A stretch of 62,609 bases of DNA, counting the filler, from Deltaproteobacteria bacterium (GTDB lineage: Bacteria; JAEEML01), in assembly GCA_016283195.1 (NCBI GenBank). It is 4 parts of 4 records of this genome, joined end to end, with 100 filler letters (N's around TTAATTAATTAA, not from the genome) between each part and the next. Parts side by side here need not be neighbours in the genome. Positions count along the whole stretch, not along the records: positions 34,660 to 62,609 come from JAEEML010000125.1; 3 more parts are not named here. One strand, written 5' to 3'. Below, piece after piece: positions 49,348 through 59,075 of this stretch. The position numbers and the translations under genes were made by a program. Each line of letters opens with the position of its first letter. Within the stretch, counting starts at the first letter, position 1. Under the pieces are notes generated by a model. It did no database searches. It had not been told where the DNA came from and worked only from the letters and a program-made list of their open reading frames with translations.

Positions 49348-49803
49348 ATGCAGGAGATTTCCCTACGGCAGGTCATTGAGTACGCCATTGCAATAGAAGA
49401 AGAAGGCTATCGCTTCTATCGCCGGGCTATGCGTGTGTCGTCTAATGGGGATTTGCAACAATTGGCTGAAAGCTTTGCCACAGATGAGCTTAATCAGGCC
49501 AATCGTTTTAGAACCGCTCTGGGTACCAAAAGTATAAAAGCGGCCGATTTAGACCGCGTTTTATCGCTAGATGATGCCTTGATGCCGGAGCTCACCCGCT
49601 CAGATTTGGTGCGCAAAGATGAATTTGACAAAGACATTTTAAAAGATGCCATCGACCGGGAAGAAACCACCCAAAAACTCTACACCTTTTTGGCCGGGGT
49701 TAGTGATTTAAACGCCGCGATTAAAACCATCTGTGAGGAATTTATCGAGCAGGAAGGTGGGCACCTGTCCCAGTTAAAAGCCGCCCTGGCCGCTATAGCT
49801 TAA
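49348..49803 (+). CDS. Ferritin-like (rubrerythrin family) protein
   Basis: AIAIEEEGYRFY, AIDREE...LY and EQEGGH motifs; AGGAGG RBS. Confidence 0.8.
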   Translation: MQEISLRQVIEYAIAIEEEGYRFYRRAMRVSSNGDLQQLAESFATDELNQANRFRTALGTKSIKAADLDRVLSLDDALMPELTRSDLVRKDEFDKDILKDAIDREETTQKLYTFLAGVSDLNAAIKTICEEFIEQEGGHLSQLKAALAAIA

Positions 49804-49838
49804 TTACATATTTTCTAAAACCTGCTGCGAGGTAACAA

Positions 49839-51116
49839 GTGGATAAAATCAGCCATTTATGGCGTCTTATTGTTGCCGATATTCCCCGCGAGCAATATAA
49901 GGCCATCTTTTCTATCTGTCTGGTGGATTACTTTTTGATGATGGGCTATTCCATCAATCGCCCCATCTCACAATCCATATTTTTGAGCGCTTTTACGGAA
50001 AAAGGGCTGCCCTACGCCTGGCTCTTTGTGGCCATAGTCTGCGCCGCCGCCGTAGCCATTTTAAACAAATTACTCAATAAATTCGATATTATCCGTCTCT
50101 ATAGCGCCAGCGCCGCGCTCACGGCCCTCACTATGGCGCTCATCACCGCCGGCCACTATTTTCCCCAGGAAAGCTTCATCTATAAAGCGAGTGCCTTTTT
50201 GAGCTTTGCCCTAAAAGATATTTATGTGGTCATTCTTTTGGAGCAGGTGTGGAGCTATTGCAACCTTATTTTTAATAATAAAAGCGCCGCCAAATTATAC
50301 GGCTTTTTTACCGCCATCGGCACCATCGGCTCACTTTGCGGCAATTTGGCAGTGAGCCAGCTGTCCCAGGTATTGGGCTCCAGTAATCTGCTCTGGGGCG
50401 CCTCTATCGGCATTGGCCTTTCGGCTTATCTCTTTTTGGCCCGCGAGCGCGGCGCGGAAAAGCGTCTCACCGGCGGCGGCACCAAGCTGGAGCGCACCGA
50501 GCACGGCGGCACAGCTATTCTGTTTAAGTCCAAATATCTCTTTTTTATGGCTCTTTTGGTGCTCTTTATGCAGCTGGTCATCAATCTTTTGGATTTCCAA
50601 TTTAACGGCCTGGTGAAAAATGTCATCCCGGCTGAAGATGCCCGCTCCAGCTTTTTTGGCTATTTTTATATGTCCATCAACGGCTTGGCGCTCTTAATCC
50701 AAATAGTTCTCGCCCCCATTATGCTCAAAAAGCTGGGCGCGATGAAATCGCTCTGGCTGGCACCTATTTTACTCACTGTAGCAGCCATTGCCATCATCGC
50801 CATGCCTATGCTCACCATTGTGGCCGGAGCTATGGTGCTCGCCAAGGGGCTGGATTATTCGCTAACAAGAGCCGCCAAAGAAATGCTCTATCTGCCTCTT
50901 ACTTTTGAAGAAAAGTACAAAGCCAAAGCAGTTATTGATATGTTTATTTACAGAACAGCCAAAGGAGTGGCCTCCGGGCTGCTTATCCTCTTGCCCTTTA
51001 TTACCGGTAGCGTCGCGCTATTTAGCGGAATTTTAACGCTTATTTCTCTTGGTGGCTGGTTTGGCGCGCTGATTGGCCTCAAAGTTACGGAGCCGAAGCC
51101 TCTGGATGCAGCATAA
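49839..51116 (+). CDS. NTT/TLC-family (Npt1-like) nucleotide transporter, short form
   Basis: About 12 TM helices; EQVWSY..FNNKSAAKLYG, LLDFQF and YSLTRAAKEMLYLP...KAKAVID motifs. Confidence 0.85.
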   Translation: MDKISHLWRLIVADIPREQYKAIFSICLVDYFLMMGYSINRPISQSIFLSAFTEKGLPYAWLFVAIVCAAAVAILNKLLNKFDIIRLYSASAALTALTMALITAGHYFPQESFIYKASAFLSFALKDIYVVILLEQVWSYCNLIFNNKSAAKLYGFFTAIGTIGSLCGNLAVSQLSQVLGSSNLLWGASIGIGLSAYLFLARERGAEKRLTGGGTKLERTEHGGTAILFKSKYLFFMALLVLFMQLVINLLDFQFNGLVKNVIPAEDARSSFFGYFYMSINGLALLIQIVLAPIMLKKLGAMKSLWLAPILLTVAAIAIIAMPMLTIVAGAMVLAKGLDYSLTRAAKEMLYLPLTFEEKYKAKAVIDMFIYRTAKGVASGLLILLPFITGSVALFSGILTLISLGGWFGALIGLKVTEPKPLDAA

Positions 51117-52119
51117 AATCGGCTTTTAAAGCAGCGTGGTCGGAGCCGGCATAGCCGCTTTTACCGGCAGCATCAAAAACAACCGCCGCTGTGCCGCTTA
51201 TATAAGCACCGGCGGCTTTCTTGGCCATAAAGAGGTGATCCAGAGCATAAGTAGCGCCACCATAATAATAAGTGGCTTGCTCTTTTTCCGGGAGTTCGGC
51301 GGCCACTCTTAAAAGCTCGCCATCCTCTTCAAGCGCTTTTAGCGGCTCGCTACCCGGGTAATCGTTTAAATCGCCGCCCATAACAATAAGCGCTTCGGGA
51401 TATTGCCCGGCCCGCTCCACTAAATAATCATGGGCTGTTTTAGCTTCGGCCAGGCGCCTAGCCCCGTCATCTGCACCGGCTTTGGAACGGAAATGAGCGC
51501 AAAAAACAATTAAATCGGGCTTTTTAGCCTCTTGGGCAACAGGATCGACAGCTAGCTGTAATTCAATAAAAATCCGCGAGAAATAAGGAATAGAACTATT
51601 TCCGGCTGTCAGGTCATCATGAAAGAGTGTGAAAAGCAGCTCACCGTTATATAAAATTGCTGTATTTAAAGAGCCTTTATGAATGCCCTCGCCGATAACA
51701 TAAGAGCTATATAGATCTTTTAAGCGGCTGTGCAAATCACCTATAGCTTTTGGACTTTCCACCTCCTGGAGAAATACCACCTCGGCATTTAATTTGCGGA
51801 TACCTTCCGCCACTTTGTTTAATTTTTTATTATATTCGGTTGATGAATACTGAGTTTCAAAATCGCTGGGCCCACAGGAGCCGCTATCACACACATTGTC
51901 AAAAAGTTTTAAGACATTAAAGGTGGCAATGGTGAGTTTCTGCGGAACGGGGGCAGCAGGTTCGATAGTAACAGAATCTGTATTAGCAGGCTCTATAGTG
52001 GCAGGTTCATGGGCTGCCGGCTCATTTGTAGCCCCCGGCCCCAGCTCAAGACCACATGCCGGCAAAAAGAACATAAATGCAATTGCCGGCACCAATCGGG
52101 CTTTTTTTTCAAAATGCAT
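51085..52119 (-). CDS. Endonuclease/exonuclease/phosphatase family lipoprotein
   Basis: Lipobox LPAC; ATFNV, LQEVE, GDLND, LDH and SDH motifs. Confidence 0.9.
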   Translation of the reverse strand: MHFEKKARLVPAIAFMFFLPACGLELGPGATNEPAAHEPATIEPANTDSVTIEPAAPVPQKLTIATFNVLKLFDNVCDSGSCGPSDFETQYSSTEYNKKLNKVAEGIRKLNAEVVFLQEVESPKAIGDLHSRLKDLYSSYVIGEGIHKGSLNTAILYNGELLFTLFHDDLTAGNSSIPYFSRIFIELQLAVDPVAQEAKKPDLIVFCAHFRSKAGADDGARRLAEAKTAHDYLVERAGQYPEALIVMGGDLNDYPGSEPLKALEEDGELLRVAAELPEKEQATYYYGGATYALDHLFMAKKAAGAYISGTAAVVFDAAGKSGYAGSDHAALKADFMLHPEASAP

Positions 52120-52218
52120 CTTCTCTCTCCAAAGGCAAAACGAACTCTTGCTTCACACCGGCTACCCATATATCATTGGCCGCGGCGCCCGGCGTCATCA
52201 TACACGAAAGAGCCTATT

Positions 52219-55092
52219 ATGAGCAAATGGTTCAAAGAGTTTTTACAAACAGTTTTTAAAATAGAGCCCGGTGAGTTTATCATCACTGCTATAATGTTTA
52301 TATATCTACAGGCGGCCACCGGCACTTTCATTGTGGCGCGCATCACCCGCGATGTTATTTTTATGGATATCCCGGGCTGGCGCCAAAAGCTGCCGCTGGT
52401 TTATATGGCCGTGGCTATAGTTGTAGCCGTCATCATGTATCTTTACACCAGAGTTGAGCGCAAACTGCGCCGCGACCGCACTAACGAAATAACACTGATA
52501 GTCTTATTTTTCTTAATGATATTAAGTCGTTATCTCTTGCTGATTTGCGACCACTGGTTTAAATGGGCCTTTTATGTCCTAGTGGAAATAATGGGCTCTT
52601 TTTTAATTGTGCAATTTTGGTCCATTGCCAATGAGATTTTCCACACCAGGCAGGCGAAACGCCTCTTTGCCGTAATTGGATCCGGCGGCGTTTTGGCCAA
52701 TATTATCGCCGGCTTCGGCGTTAGAAGTTTGGTTAAAATAATCGGCACACCAAATATGCTTTATGTTATTGCCGCCCTTCTGGCGGTGGCCTTTGTTATG
52801 GTCTTTTTAATAAGCGGCCGGGCCAAGAACGAACTTGAGGAGGCCTGGCAAAAAAAGGCTGTCCGCCGGGTGAACCAGCCGGAACCGCCCAAAAAAGAAA
52901 AAGAGCCCATCTTTGCCACACGCCATTTAAAAACCATCGCTGTTATTGTGGTCATCACTTATATTGTTTCCACTTTGGTGGATTATGAATTTAAAGCCAT
53001 TTTGGGTGATATCATCACCGAGACCGATGCCAGAAGCCAATATTACGGTCTTTTCTTTGGCTTAACCGGCATTTTGGCGGCTATTATTCAACTCTTTTGC
53101 ACCAGCCGTATTCTCGAGCGTTTTGGCCTCCTGCCGGCGCTTTTGCTATTGCCCTGTGCCATGTTTGGCGGCTCTATGGCTCTTTTTCTGCTTCCCAGCC
53201 TCCTCACTGTCACTCTGGCTAAAGGGTCGGAAAATGTCCTGCGCTACACTGTAAACGATGCGGCCATGCAGCTTTTATATTTACCGGTACCAGCAGCCCA
53301 GCGCGGCCGGGCCAAAGCCTTTATCGACGGTATTTTAAAACATGCCGCCACCGGTAGCGCTGGCCTTTTGCTCTTCCTGGCCACAGCTATATTACCCGGT
53401 TTCATAAACTATCACATAAAGCCGGAATACTTTTCTCTGCCGGCTATGGCTCTCCTTTTAATCTGGGCTCTGCTCGTTATTCGCTTAAAGAAAGAATATG
53501 TAGCTTCGCTTTTAAATACTTTGCACAAAAGGCGGCTCGATTTTTCCGATTCCTCTATCAAAATTAACGATGAAAATACTTTAAAAGTAGTGCTTGATGC
53601 TCTCTCTTCCAATAAGAGAGGCTATGTGCTCCACGCTTTTGAACTTTTGCCTTTCGTAGAGCAAACAGGCAAAGAAATAAACGATAAAATCATAGAATTG
53701 CTCTCCAGCGGCGACCATAATGTGCAAATTGCCGCTCTGGATTATCTCGCTAAAGCCGCTCTACCGATCCAGGCCGATAAACTGCGCGAATTACTTAAAA
53801 GTCCAAACGAAGCCGTGCGGGCAGCGGCTATTAAAGCTTACTCGGCCAGAGAAAAACAAAAGGCCGCCCCGGAAATAGAGATCTTCCTGGATGATGAAAG
53901 CCCACTGGTAAAAGCCAGTGCTGTCTCCTCACTTATCCGCTTTTGCGGTTTAAACGGCGTTTTACGCTCGGCCGATACTTTAAAAAATATGCTCGCCGCC
54001 CAAGATATAAAACTGCGCGAAATGGGCGCCAGAGTGCTGGGCGAAATAAATGTCCCCACTTTTTACGAGCCGCTGCTGCCCATGCTGAAAGATGAAAGCC
54101 ACGAAGTGCGCAGTGCCGCCATAGAAGCCGCCGGCAAGTTACACGCTGAGGAATTTTTGCAACCCCTGCTTGAAGAGCTCAAAGACAGCCGTTTTGCCGC
54201 CATGGCCGTAAATGCTTTGGTGCGCTACGGTTCCGCTATCGAAGAAGAGCTGATAGCCATTATGGATGATTCGCAAAAAGATCCTAAAGTACGCGAAAAT
54301 ATTCCCAAAATTTTGGTGCGGATCGGTGGGCAGAAAAGTGCCGATGCCGTAAGCAAACAACTTTTATCGCCGCTTTTGCCTCTGCGCTTTAATGCCAGCC
54401 GTGCGCTTAGCCTGCTCCTCCTGGGGCACCAGGAAATCACCTTTGATATGCCCACTGTAAGGGCGGCTTTTAACGGTGAAGTCGGGGAGTTTTTGGAAAG
54501 TGCGGCCATGGAGCTTGATTTAGCCATTACCGATGGTAACAAGAGCGATTTGCTCTTTTTAGATACCTTCCGCCACCGGCGCCAGCTAAATTTAAAGCGC
54601 ATTTTTAAATTGCTGGAAATTATTTATCCCGGCACTTCCTGGGAAGTTATTTACCAAAATCTCGGCTCCCCGCAGAAAAATATTCGTGCCAACGCCATTG
54701 AACTTTTGGATAATATTTTGGAAGCAGCCGATAAAGCGCTTATTTTGCCTATTATTGAACTAACTGATTTAAAAGTTCTTTTGAGCAAAAATCCGCAAAT
54801 AAGACGCCGCTCGGCCGATGAGCGGCTGAAAGATTTTCTAAGTAGCCGTGACCGCTGGCTGCAAAATGTGGCCATCTATTATATCGGCACCAAAAAACTC
54901 AGCACTTTTGTTCTCCAGCTGGAGGCCGCCCAAAAAGCCGCCGATGAAGTGGTGCGCCAATCGGCTCTTTGGGCACTTTCAAGAATGCCGCGCCACATGA
55001 ATTCCGCCCATTATTTGGAGGTGGCCCTGGCAGACCGTTCGCCTCTGGTTAAAAATTACGCCCTTTCACTAAAAGCGGAGCTTAACCGATGA
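52219..55092 (+). CDS. NTT-family transporter fused to HEAT repeats
   Basis: QFWSIANEIF..RQAKRLF, LVDYEFK and LLYLPVP..RGRAKAFIDG motifs, then HEAT-like repeats (VRAAAIKA, VRSAAIEAAG). Confidence 0.88.
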   Translation: MSKWFKEFLQTVFKIEPGEFIITAIMFIYLQAATGTFIVARITRDVIFMDIPGWRQKLPLVYMAVAIVVAVIMYLYTRVERKLRRDRTNEITLIVLFFLMILSRYLLLICDHWFKWAFYVLVEIMGSFLIVQFWSIANEIFHTRQAKRLFAVIGSGGVLANIIAGFGVRSLVKIIGTPNMLYVIAALLAVAFVMVFLISGRAKNELEEAWQKKAVRRVNQPEPPKKEKEPIFATRHLKTIAVIVVITYIVSTLVDYEFKAILGDIITETDARSQYYGLFFGLTGILAAIIQLFCTSRILERFGLLPALLLLPCAMFGGSMALFLLPSLLTVTLAKGSENVLRYTVNDAAMQLLYLPVPAAQRGRAKAFIDGILKHAATGSAGLLLFLATAILPGFINYHIKPEYFSLPAMALLLIWALLVIRLKKEYVASLLNTLHKRRLDFSDSSIKINDENTLKVVLDALSSNKRGYVLHAFELLPFVEQTGKEINDKIIELLSSGDHNVQIAALDYLAKAALPIQADKLRELLKSPNEAVRAAAIKAYSAREKQKAAPEIEIFLDDESPLVKASAVSSLIRFCGLNGVLRSADTLKNMLAAQDIKLREMGARVLGEINVPTFYEPLLPMLKDESHEVRSAAIEAAGKLHAEEFLQPLLEELKDSRFAAMAVNALVRYGSAIEEELIAIMDDSQKDPKVRENIPKILVRIGGQKSADAVSKQLLSPLLPLRFNASRALSLLLLGHQEITFDMPTVRAAFNGEVGEFLESAAMELDLAITDGNKSDLLFLDTFRHRRQLNLKRIFKLLEIIYPGTSWEVIYQNLGSPQKNIRANAIELLDNILEAADKALILPIIELTDLKVLLSKNPQIRRRSADERLKDFLSSRDRWLQNVAIYYIGTKKLSTFVLQLEAAQKAADEVVRQSALWALSRMPRHMNSAHYLEVALADRSPLVKNYALSLKAELNR

Positions 55093-55511
55093 TACCACTT
55101 ATAGAAAAAGTTCTTTGTTTAAAAAGCATTGATTTATTTGATCAAATTTCCACAGAAGAGCTTTCGCCCATTGCCGGTATCGCCGAAGAGTGCAACAAAA
55201 ATGCCGGCGAAGAAATTATCCACGAAGGAGATCAGGGCGATTGTATGTACCTCTTAATAGATGGCCGGGTAAAAGTGCACAGCGGCGAAAAAGTCTTTGT
55301 GGAACTGGGTGAAGGCAGCTGTTTCGGCGAAATGGCCATTTTGGATACCGAGCCGCGCTCCGCCTCTATCACCGCTCTCACCGATTGCGTATTGCTACGC
55401 ATCTCCCGTGAGGATTTTAACGAGCTTTTGCTCGAAAAACCGGAAATTTCCCGCGCTATTTTGAGTGTTCTCACTCACCGCCTAAGAGAGGCCAACAAGA
55501 GGGTAAAATAG
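55089..55511 (+). CDS. Cyclic nucleotide-binding domain protein
   Basis: EGDQGDCMY and FGEMAILDTEPRSAS motifs; ATGA overlap with the NTT-HEAT gene. Confidence 0.92.
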   Translation: MIPLIEKVLCLKSIDLFDQISTEELSPIAGIAEECNKNAGEEIIHEGDQGDCMYLLIDGRVKVHSGEKVFVELGEGSCFGEMAILDTEPRSASITALTDCVLLRISREDFNELLLEKPEISRAILSVLTHRLREANKRVK

Positions 55512-55520
55512 GAGATTTTT

Positions 55521-55895
55521 ATGCCGCTAGCCCCGCTTATCATTAGCCATATAGTTATAATTTTGGCTTTTAGCGCTCTTGTGCTCTTTATACTTAGGCG
55601 GCGCGTTCAAAGGCGCGTAGCCAAAGCTGCCGCTGCCGCAAAGGAATTACCAGCCCGTGAGCCGGAATTTTATCTCCCGGTAATGCCGCGGGTTTTACCT
55701 CTCTTATTCCTCACGTTCGGCAATACTGCTTTATTTCTCCTTTGGGCTTTAGCCATAAATTATGCTTTAAGTGCGCCCCAAAACCAAAATTTAACACATG
55801 GCCTCTTTTTAGTGGCTCTGCCGCTTTTTGGCCTGCCGCTCGTGGGGCTTTTTTACGCCTACAAAAGAGGCATTTTTCATGAAAATTCGCGCTAA
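55521..55895 (+). CDS. Highly divergent NuoA-like membrane protein
   Basis: Three TM helices, a LLFLTF..ALFLLWA segment and C-terminal LVGLFYAYKRG, resembling the NuoA ending. Confidence 0.5.
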   Translation: MPLAPLIISHIVIILAFSALVLFILRRRVQRRVAKAAAAAKELPAREPEFYLPVMPRVLPLLFLTFGNTALFLLWALAINYALSAPQNQNLTHGLFLVALPLFGLPLVGLFYAYKRGIFHENSR

Positions 55896-55918
55896 CAATA
55901 GTTGGGTAAAGTTTCGCT

Positions 55919-57397
55919 ATGCAGAATTTTATCAAAGAACGGCTTAAAAGACGCTTTTTCGGCCAGATATTCGGCACTTTTTGCGGCTCCAAGCTGCTAT
56001 TTGTCTGCCAAAATGCCGATTTGCCCGAAGTAGCTTATTTTTTGCAAAACGACCAAGATCTACGATTTGATCGCCTGGCCAATATCGCCCTCTTTGACAT
56101 AGAGCCGAAAACTTTTACCGTCGGCAACATAGTTTGGAGTTCTCTACCGCAAAACTATCAATATTCCAAGGTAGTTATATATCAATTATCCAGTACATTC
56201 TGTGCTCAGGATGTTACCATTGTCACCCCCTTGGCTCCGGAAACGGCTCTTAAATCTCTGGCGGACATTTGGCCGGCAGCCAAGCGCCTGGAGGAAGCTC
56301 CTCATGGCAGTGCGCCAGCGCCAGCAGCTAAACCGGCCGATCTTCTCCTAACCCCGGAAGATCACAATCTGCCTTGGCCTTTTACCATTTCCATAAACTG
56401 CCACGACACAAAAGTCAGCAATCTCCGGTTAAAACCGGCCGGTGAATTATTCAATAGCTCTAATATTATAGGCATGTTACCGCAAAAAGTTCTCATGGCT
56501 TTGAATGAATTGGCCTTGCCGACAGCTCTCGAAGCGGAGAGTGCTTTTTTGCTCCTTCAAGAAGAAGCGACCGGCATAAAAATTCCCGCGGAAGCCGCTT
56601 ATATAAGAACAATTCTTTTGGAACTTAACAGGGTAATAACCCTAAATAGCGCTATAAGCCTGGTTCTTGAGCTAAATACGCTCACTGAAAGCGCAGCTCT
56701 TTTACGCCTTAGTGCCGCAAAACTCTTAACCGCAGCACAAAATGTTGCCCCGGACAGTTTAAAGGGCCCATTTTTGCGCCTGGGCGGCCTCGCTGCTCCG
56801 CCTAAGGAAAGCTGGATAGAGGCACTTTTAAGCGCAGCCGGAGAATACCAGAAAGTTTTAAATAAAACATGCCAGGCTTCAGAAAAAAATTTTCTTTTAA
56901 AATCACGGCTTTCCACTTGTGGCATTCTAAGCGAAGAGCTCGCTAAAAAATATGGTCTCTATCAAACCGACCGCCGCTCTTGTCATCCTTATCTTGCCTA
57001 TGGCGAGCTGGAATTAAAGACCCTAGAAATGCCCTTTAAAAGCGCCTTTAGCCGCCTATTGCGCCATTTTGAAATAATACGCGAATCATTAAATATCATC
57101 AGCCACCTGGCTGTAAAAGTCATCGGCAGCGGAACATACAATGCCATAAAGGGCCAGGAAGTTGTCGCATACGACTTAAAAAGCGGCTTTTATAGTGAAA
57201 CAATAGAGGGAGCCGGCGGCCCCTTTACCGTTAATTTAGCTATTACTGCCGATGGAGCTATCGGCGGCCTGAGTTTACGCGGCGCCACTATATTTAAAAT
57301 TGCTATGCTGGAAGAGCTCTGCCGCGAGGCTCCGCTGGCCGATATCAGCCAAATTTTGGCCTCTTTTGTACTCTTAAGCCAAGAGCTTAATCGTTAG
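55919..57397 (+). CDS. Highly divergent NuoC/D-like fusion
   Basis: LRFDRLANI and SLADIWPAA (NuoC-like); IPAEAAYIRTILLELNR, LRLGGL, PYLAY and LADISQILAS...ELNR (NuoD-like). Confidence 0.7.
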   Translation: MQNFIKERLKRRFFGQIFGTFCGSKLLFVCQNADLPEVAYFLQNDQDLRFDRLANIALFDIEPKTFTVGNIVWSSLPQNYQYSKVVIYQLSSTFCAQDVTIVTPLAPETALKSLADIWPAAKRLEEAPHGSAPAPAAKPADLLLTPEDHNLPWPFTISINCHDTKVSNLRLKPAGELFNSSNIIGMLPQKVLMALNELALPTALEAESAFLLLQEEATGIKIPAEAAYIRTILLELNRVITLNSAISLVLELNTLTESAALLRLSAAKLLTAAQNVAPDSLKGPFLRLGGLAAPPKESWIEALLSAAGEYQKVLNKTCQASEKNFLLKSRLSTCGILSEELAKKYGLYQTDRRSCHPYLAYGELELKTLEMPFKSAFSRLLRHFEIIRESLNIISHLAVKVIGSGTYNAIKGQEVVAYDLKSGFYSETIEGAGGPFTVNLAITADGAIGGLSLRGATIFKIAMLEELCREAPLADISQILASFVLLSQELNR

Positions 57398-57406
57398 GGG
57401 TGTCTT

Positions 57407-58363
57407 ATGTCTTATCTAACGATTCTCTTACATACTTTAGCCATCTTAGGCCTATTGATCTTTGGTTTTATCGGGCCGGCTCTACTGATTTTTACCCGCC
57501 TTTTTAAGTGGCAGCTGCCATCCTTTAAAGATCTTAAAGAAGCTTTTGGGCGCGTTCAAAATGAGCAAAGCCATTCCCCGCTTATAACTTTGCTCCCGCT
57601 TAGCGGCTCAGTTTGTACCTTTGGCGCTCTGGCTTTACTTATTTTACCGTTTTGGCCTCTACCGGAAGCCAAATTCATGGGCCCCTTTGAGCTGCCATTT
57701 TTGCTAATAACAATATTCTGTGGACTTTTTCTCAATTATATAGCCGTTTGGCTCAGCTTGCAAAAAGGCGCGGCCATTTTTATTGCCGATAAATTGGCGC
57801 AACTCCTGGCCCTGGCTATTCTGCTTATCCTCATTGTGGCCGCGCCGCTCATCCTCGCTCCCGGTAGCGAACTGGACACTATTTTCACCAGCCAGGTGAA
57901 CCAAACGAGCTGGCCGGCCTGGAATATTTGGCGCACTCCCATTGCCGCGCTTTCTTTTTTGTGGCTATTATTGCAACTAACCGGCGCGGCTAAAAATGGT
58001 TTCAAAAGCTCTTTACCCATTAAATCTCCGCTCTTATATATGGATTTTTTTGAACGCTTTTTGGTAAAAAACTGTTTTTTTCTCACTACCTTTACCTTGA
58101 TGCTGCTCTTTGTCATGCTCTTTATGGGCGGCGCGGCCGAGGCTTTTATTTTAGCGGCCTTACCCCTAAAAACTCCGCTTCTTACGCTTTTAATAAACTC
58201 TTTAGCCTTATTTGCTAAATTATTTATCCTGGCGCTTTTATTAAAATTTTTGGGCAGAAATTATGTACCGCAAACCATAGCGACCGATATCAGAATAATC
58301 ATTAAATATCTTTTGCCGCTCAATATCGGGCAAATTATTATGCTTATCTTATATAGACTTTAG
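57407..58363 (+). CDS. Highly divergent NuoH-like membrane protein
   Basis: About 8 TM helices; IFTSQ..WNIWRTP and KYLLPL segments; follows the nuoCD-like gene. Confidence 0.55.
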   Translation: MSYLTILLHTLAILGLLIFGFIGPALLIFTRLFKWQLPSFKDLKEAFGRVQNEQSHSPLITLLPLSGSVCTFGALALLILPFWPLPEAKFMGPFELPFLLITIFCGLFLNYIAVWLSLQKGAAIFIADKLAQLLALAILLILIVAAPLILAPGSELDTIFTSQVNQTSWPAWNIWRTPIAALSFLWLLLQLTGAAKNGFKSSLPIKSPLLYMDFFERFLVKNCFFLTTFTLMLLFVMLFMGGAAEAFILAALPLKTPLLTLLINSLALFAKLFILALLLKFLGRNYVPQTIATDIRIIIKYLLPLNIGQIIMLILYRL

Positions 58364-58365
58364 AT

Positions 58366-58403
58366 AAAAAAAACCCCGCTTGCGGCAAGCAAACGGGGTT
58401 TTT
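58366..58403. terminator. Bidirectional intrinsic terminator
   Basis: A8-CCCCG...CGGGG-T5 between convergent genes. Confidence 0.8.
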
Positions 58404-58431
58404 ATGTTCGTCAAAAAGGGCTAAAGTTTTA

Positions 58432-58815
58432 TTAGCCAATCACTTCATCGGAAAAAGACTTGGAGAGTTTCATTTTGACTATTTTTTTAGCAGGAATTTC
58501 AATCGGTTCATTGTTGCGCGGGTTGCGGCCGGTGCGGGCAGCGCGCTCGGCAATGCAGAGTTTGCCGAGACCGGGAAGGGTGAACTCCCCACACTCTTTA
58601 ACTTGGCCGGCAGCCAACTTAACCAATGATTCATAAACCTCTTGGATTTGTTTTTTGGTTTGCTTGTTTGTCTCAGACAAACTGGCGATGATTTCACCTT
58701 TGGTCATAGCTTTTTTGGGGGCTACTTTCTTGGCAGCAGCTTTAGCAGCCGGTTTTTTCTCAACCTTTTTAGCTACCTTCTTCTCCACCTTTTTTTCAGC
58801 AACTTTCTTTGCCAT
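58432..58815 (-). CDS. HU-family DNA-binding protein with a Lys/Ala-rich N-terminal tail
   Basis: MTKGEII, LPGLGKL and RAARTGRNP..IEIPAK motifs; KKVEKK repeats at the N-terminus. Confidence 0.92.
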   Translation of the reverse strand: MAKKVAEKKVEKKVAKKVEKKPAAKAAAKKVAPKKAMTKGEIIASLSETNKQTKKQIQEVYESLVKLAAGQVKECGEFTLPGLGKLCIAERAARTGRNPRNNEPIEIPAKKIVKMKLSKSFSDEVIG

Positions 58816-59075
58816 CTTAATTTCTCCTTATTCCTCTGGGCGAGCCGCCGCCCGATATAATGTGCCTACTTACCATCTAGTTTTTAAAAAGTTAAGTAAA
58901 ATTTAACATTTTTACACTAAAAAATGCATTTTTTTTCAAAAATGGCGTTTTTTATCCTTCTCCAAAGCCGCCCGAAAGCAAATTGGCGCTTTTAAAGGCC
59001 AATTATTAGCACTTTTAGCTTGCTTACTCTAAGCCGGCACTATAAAGAGAATGGACTAAAAAGGAGGGCTAAACC

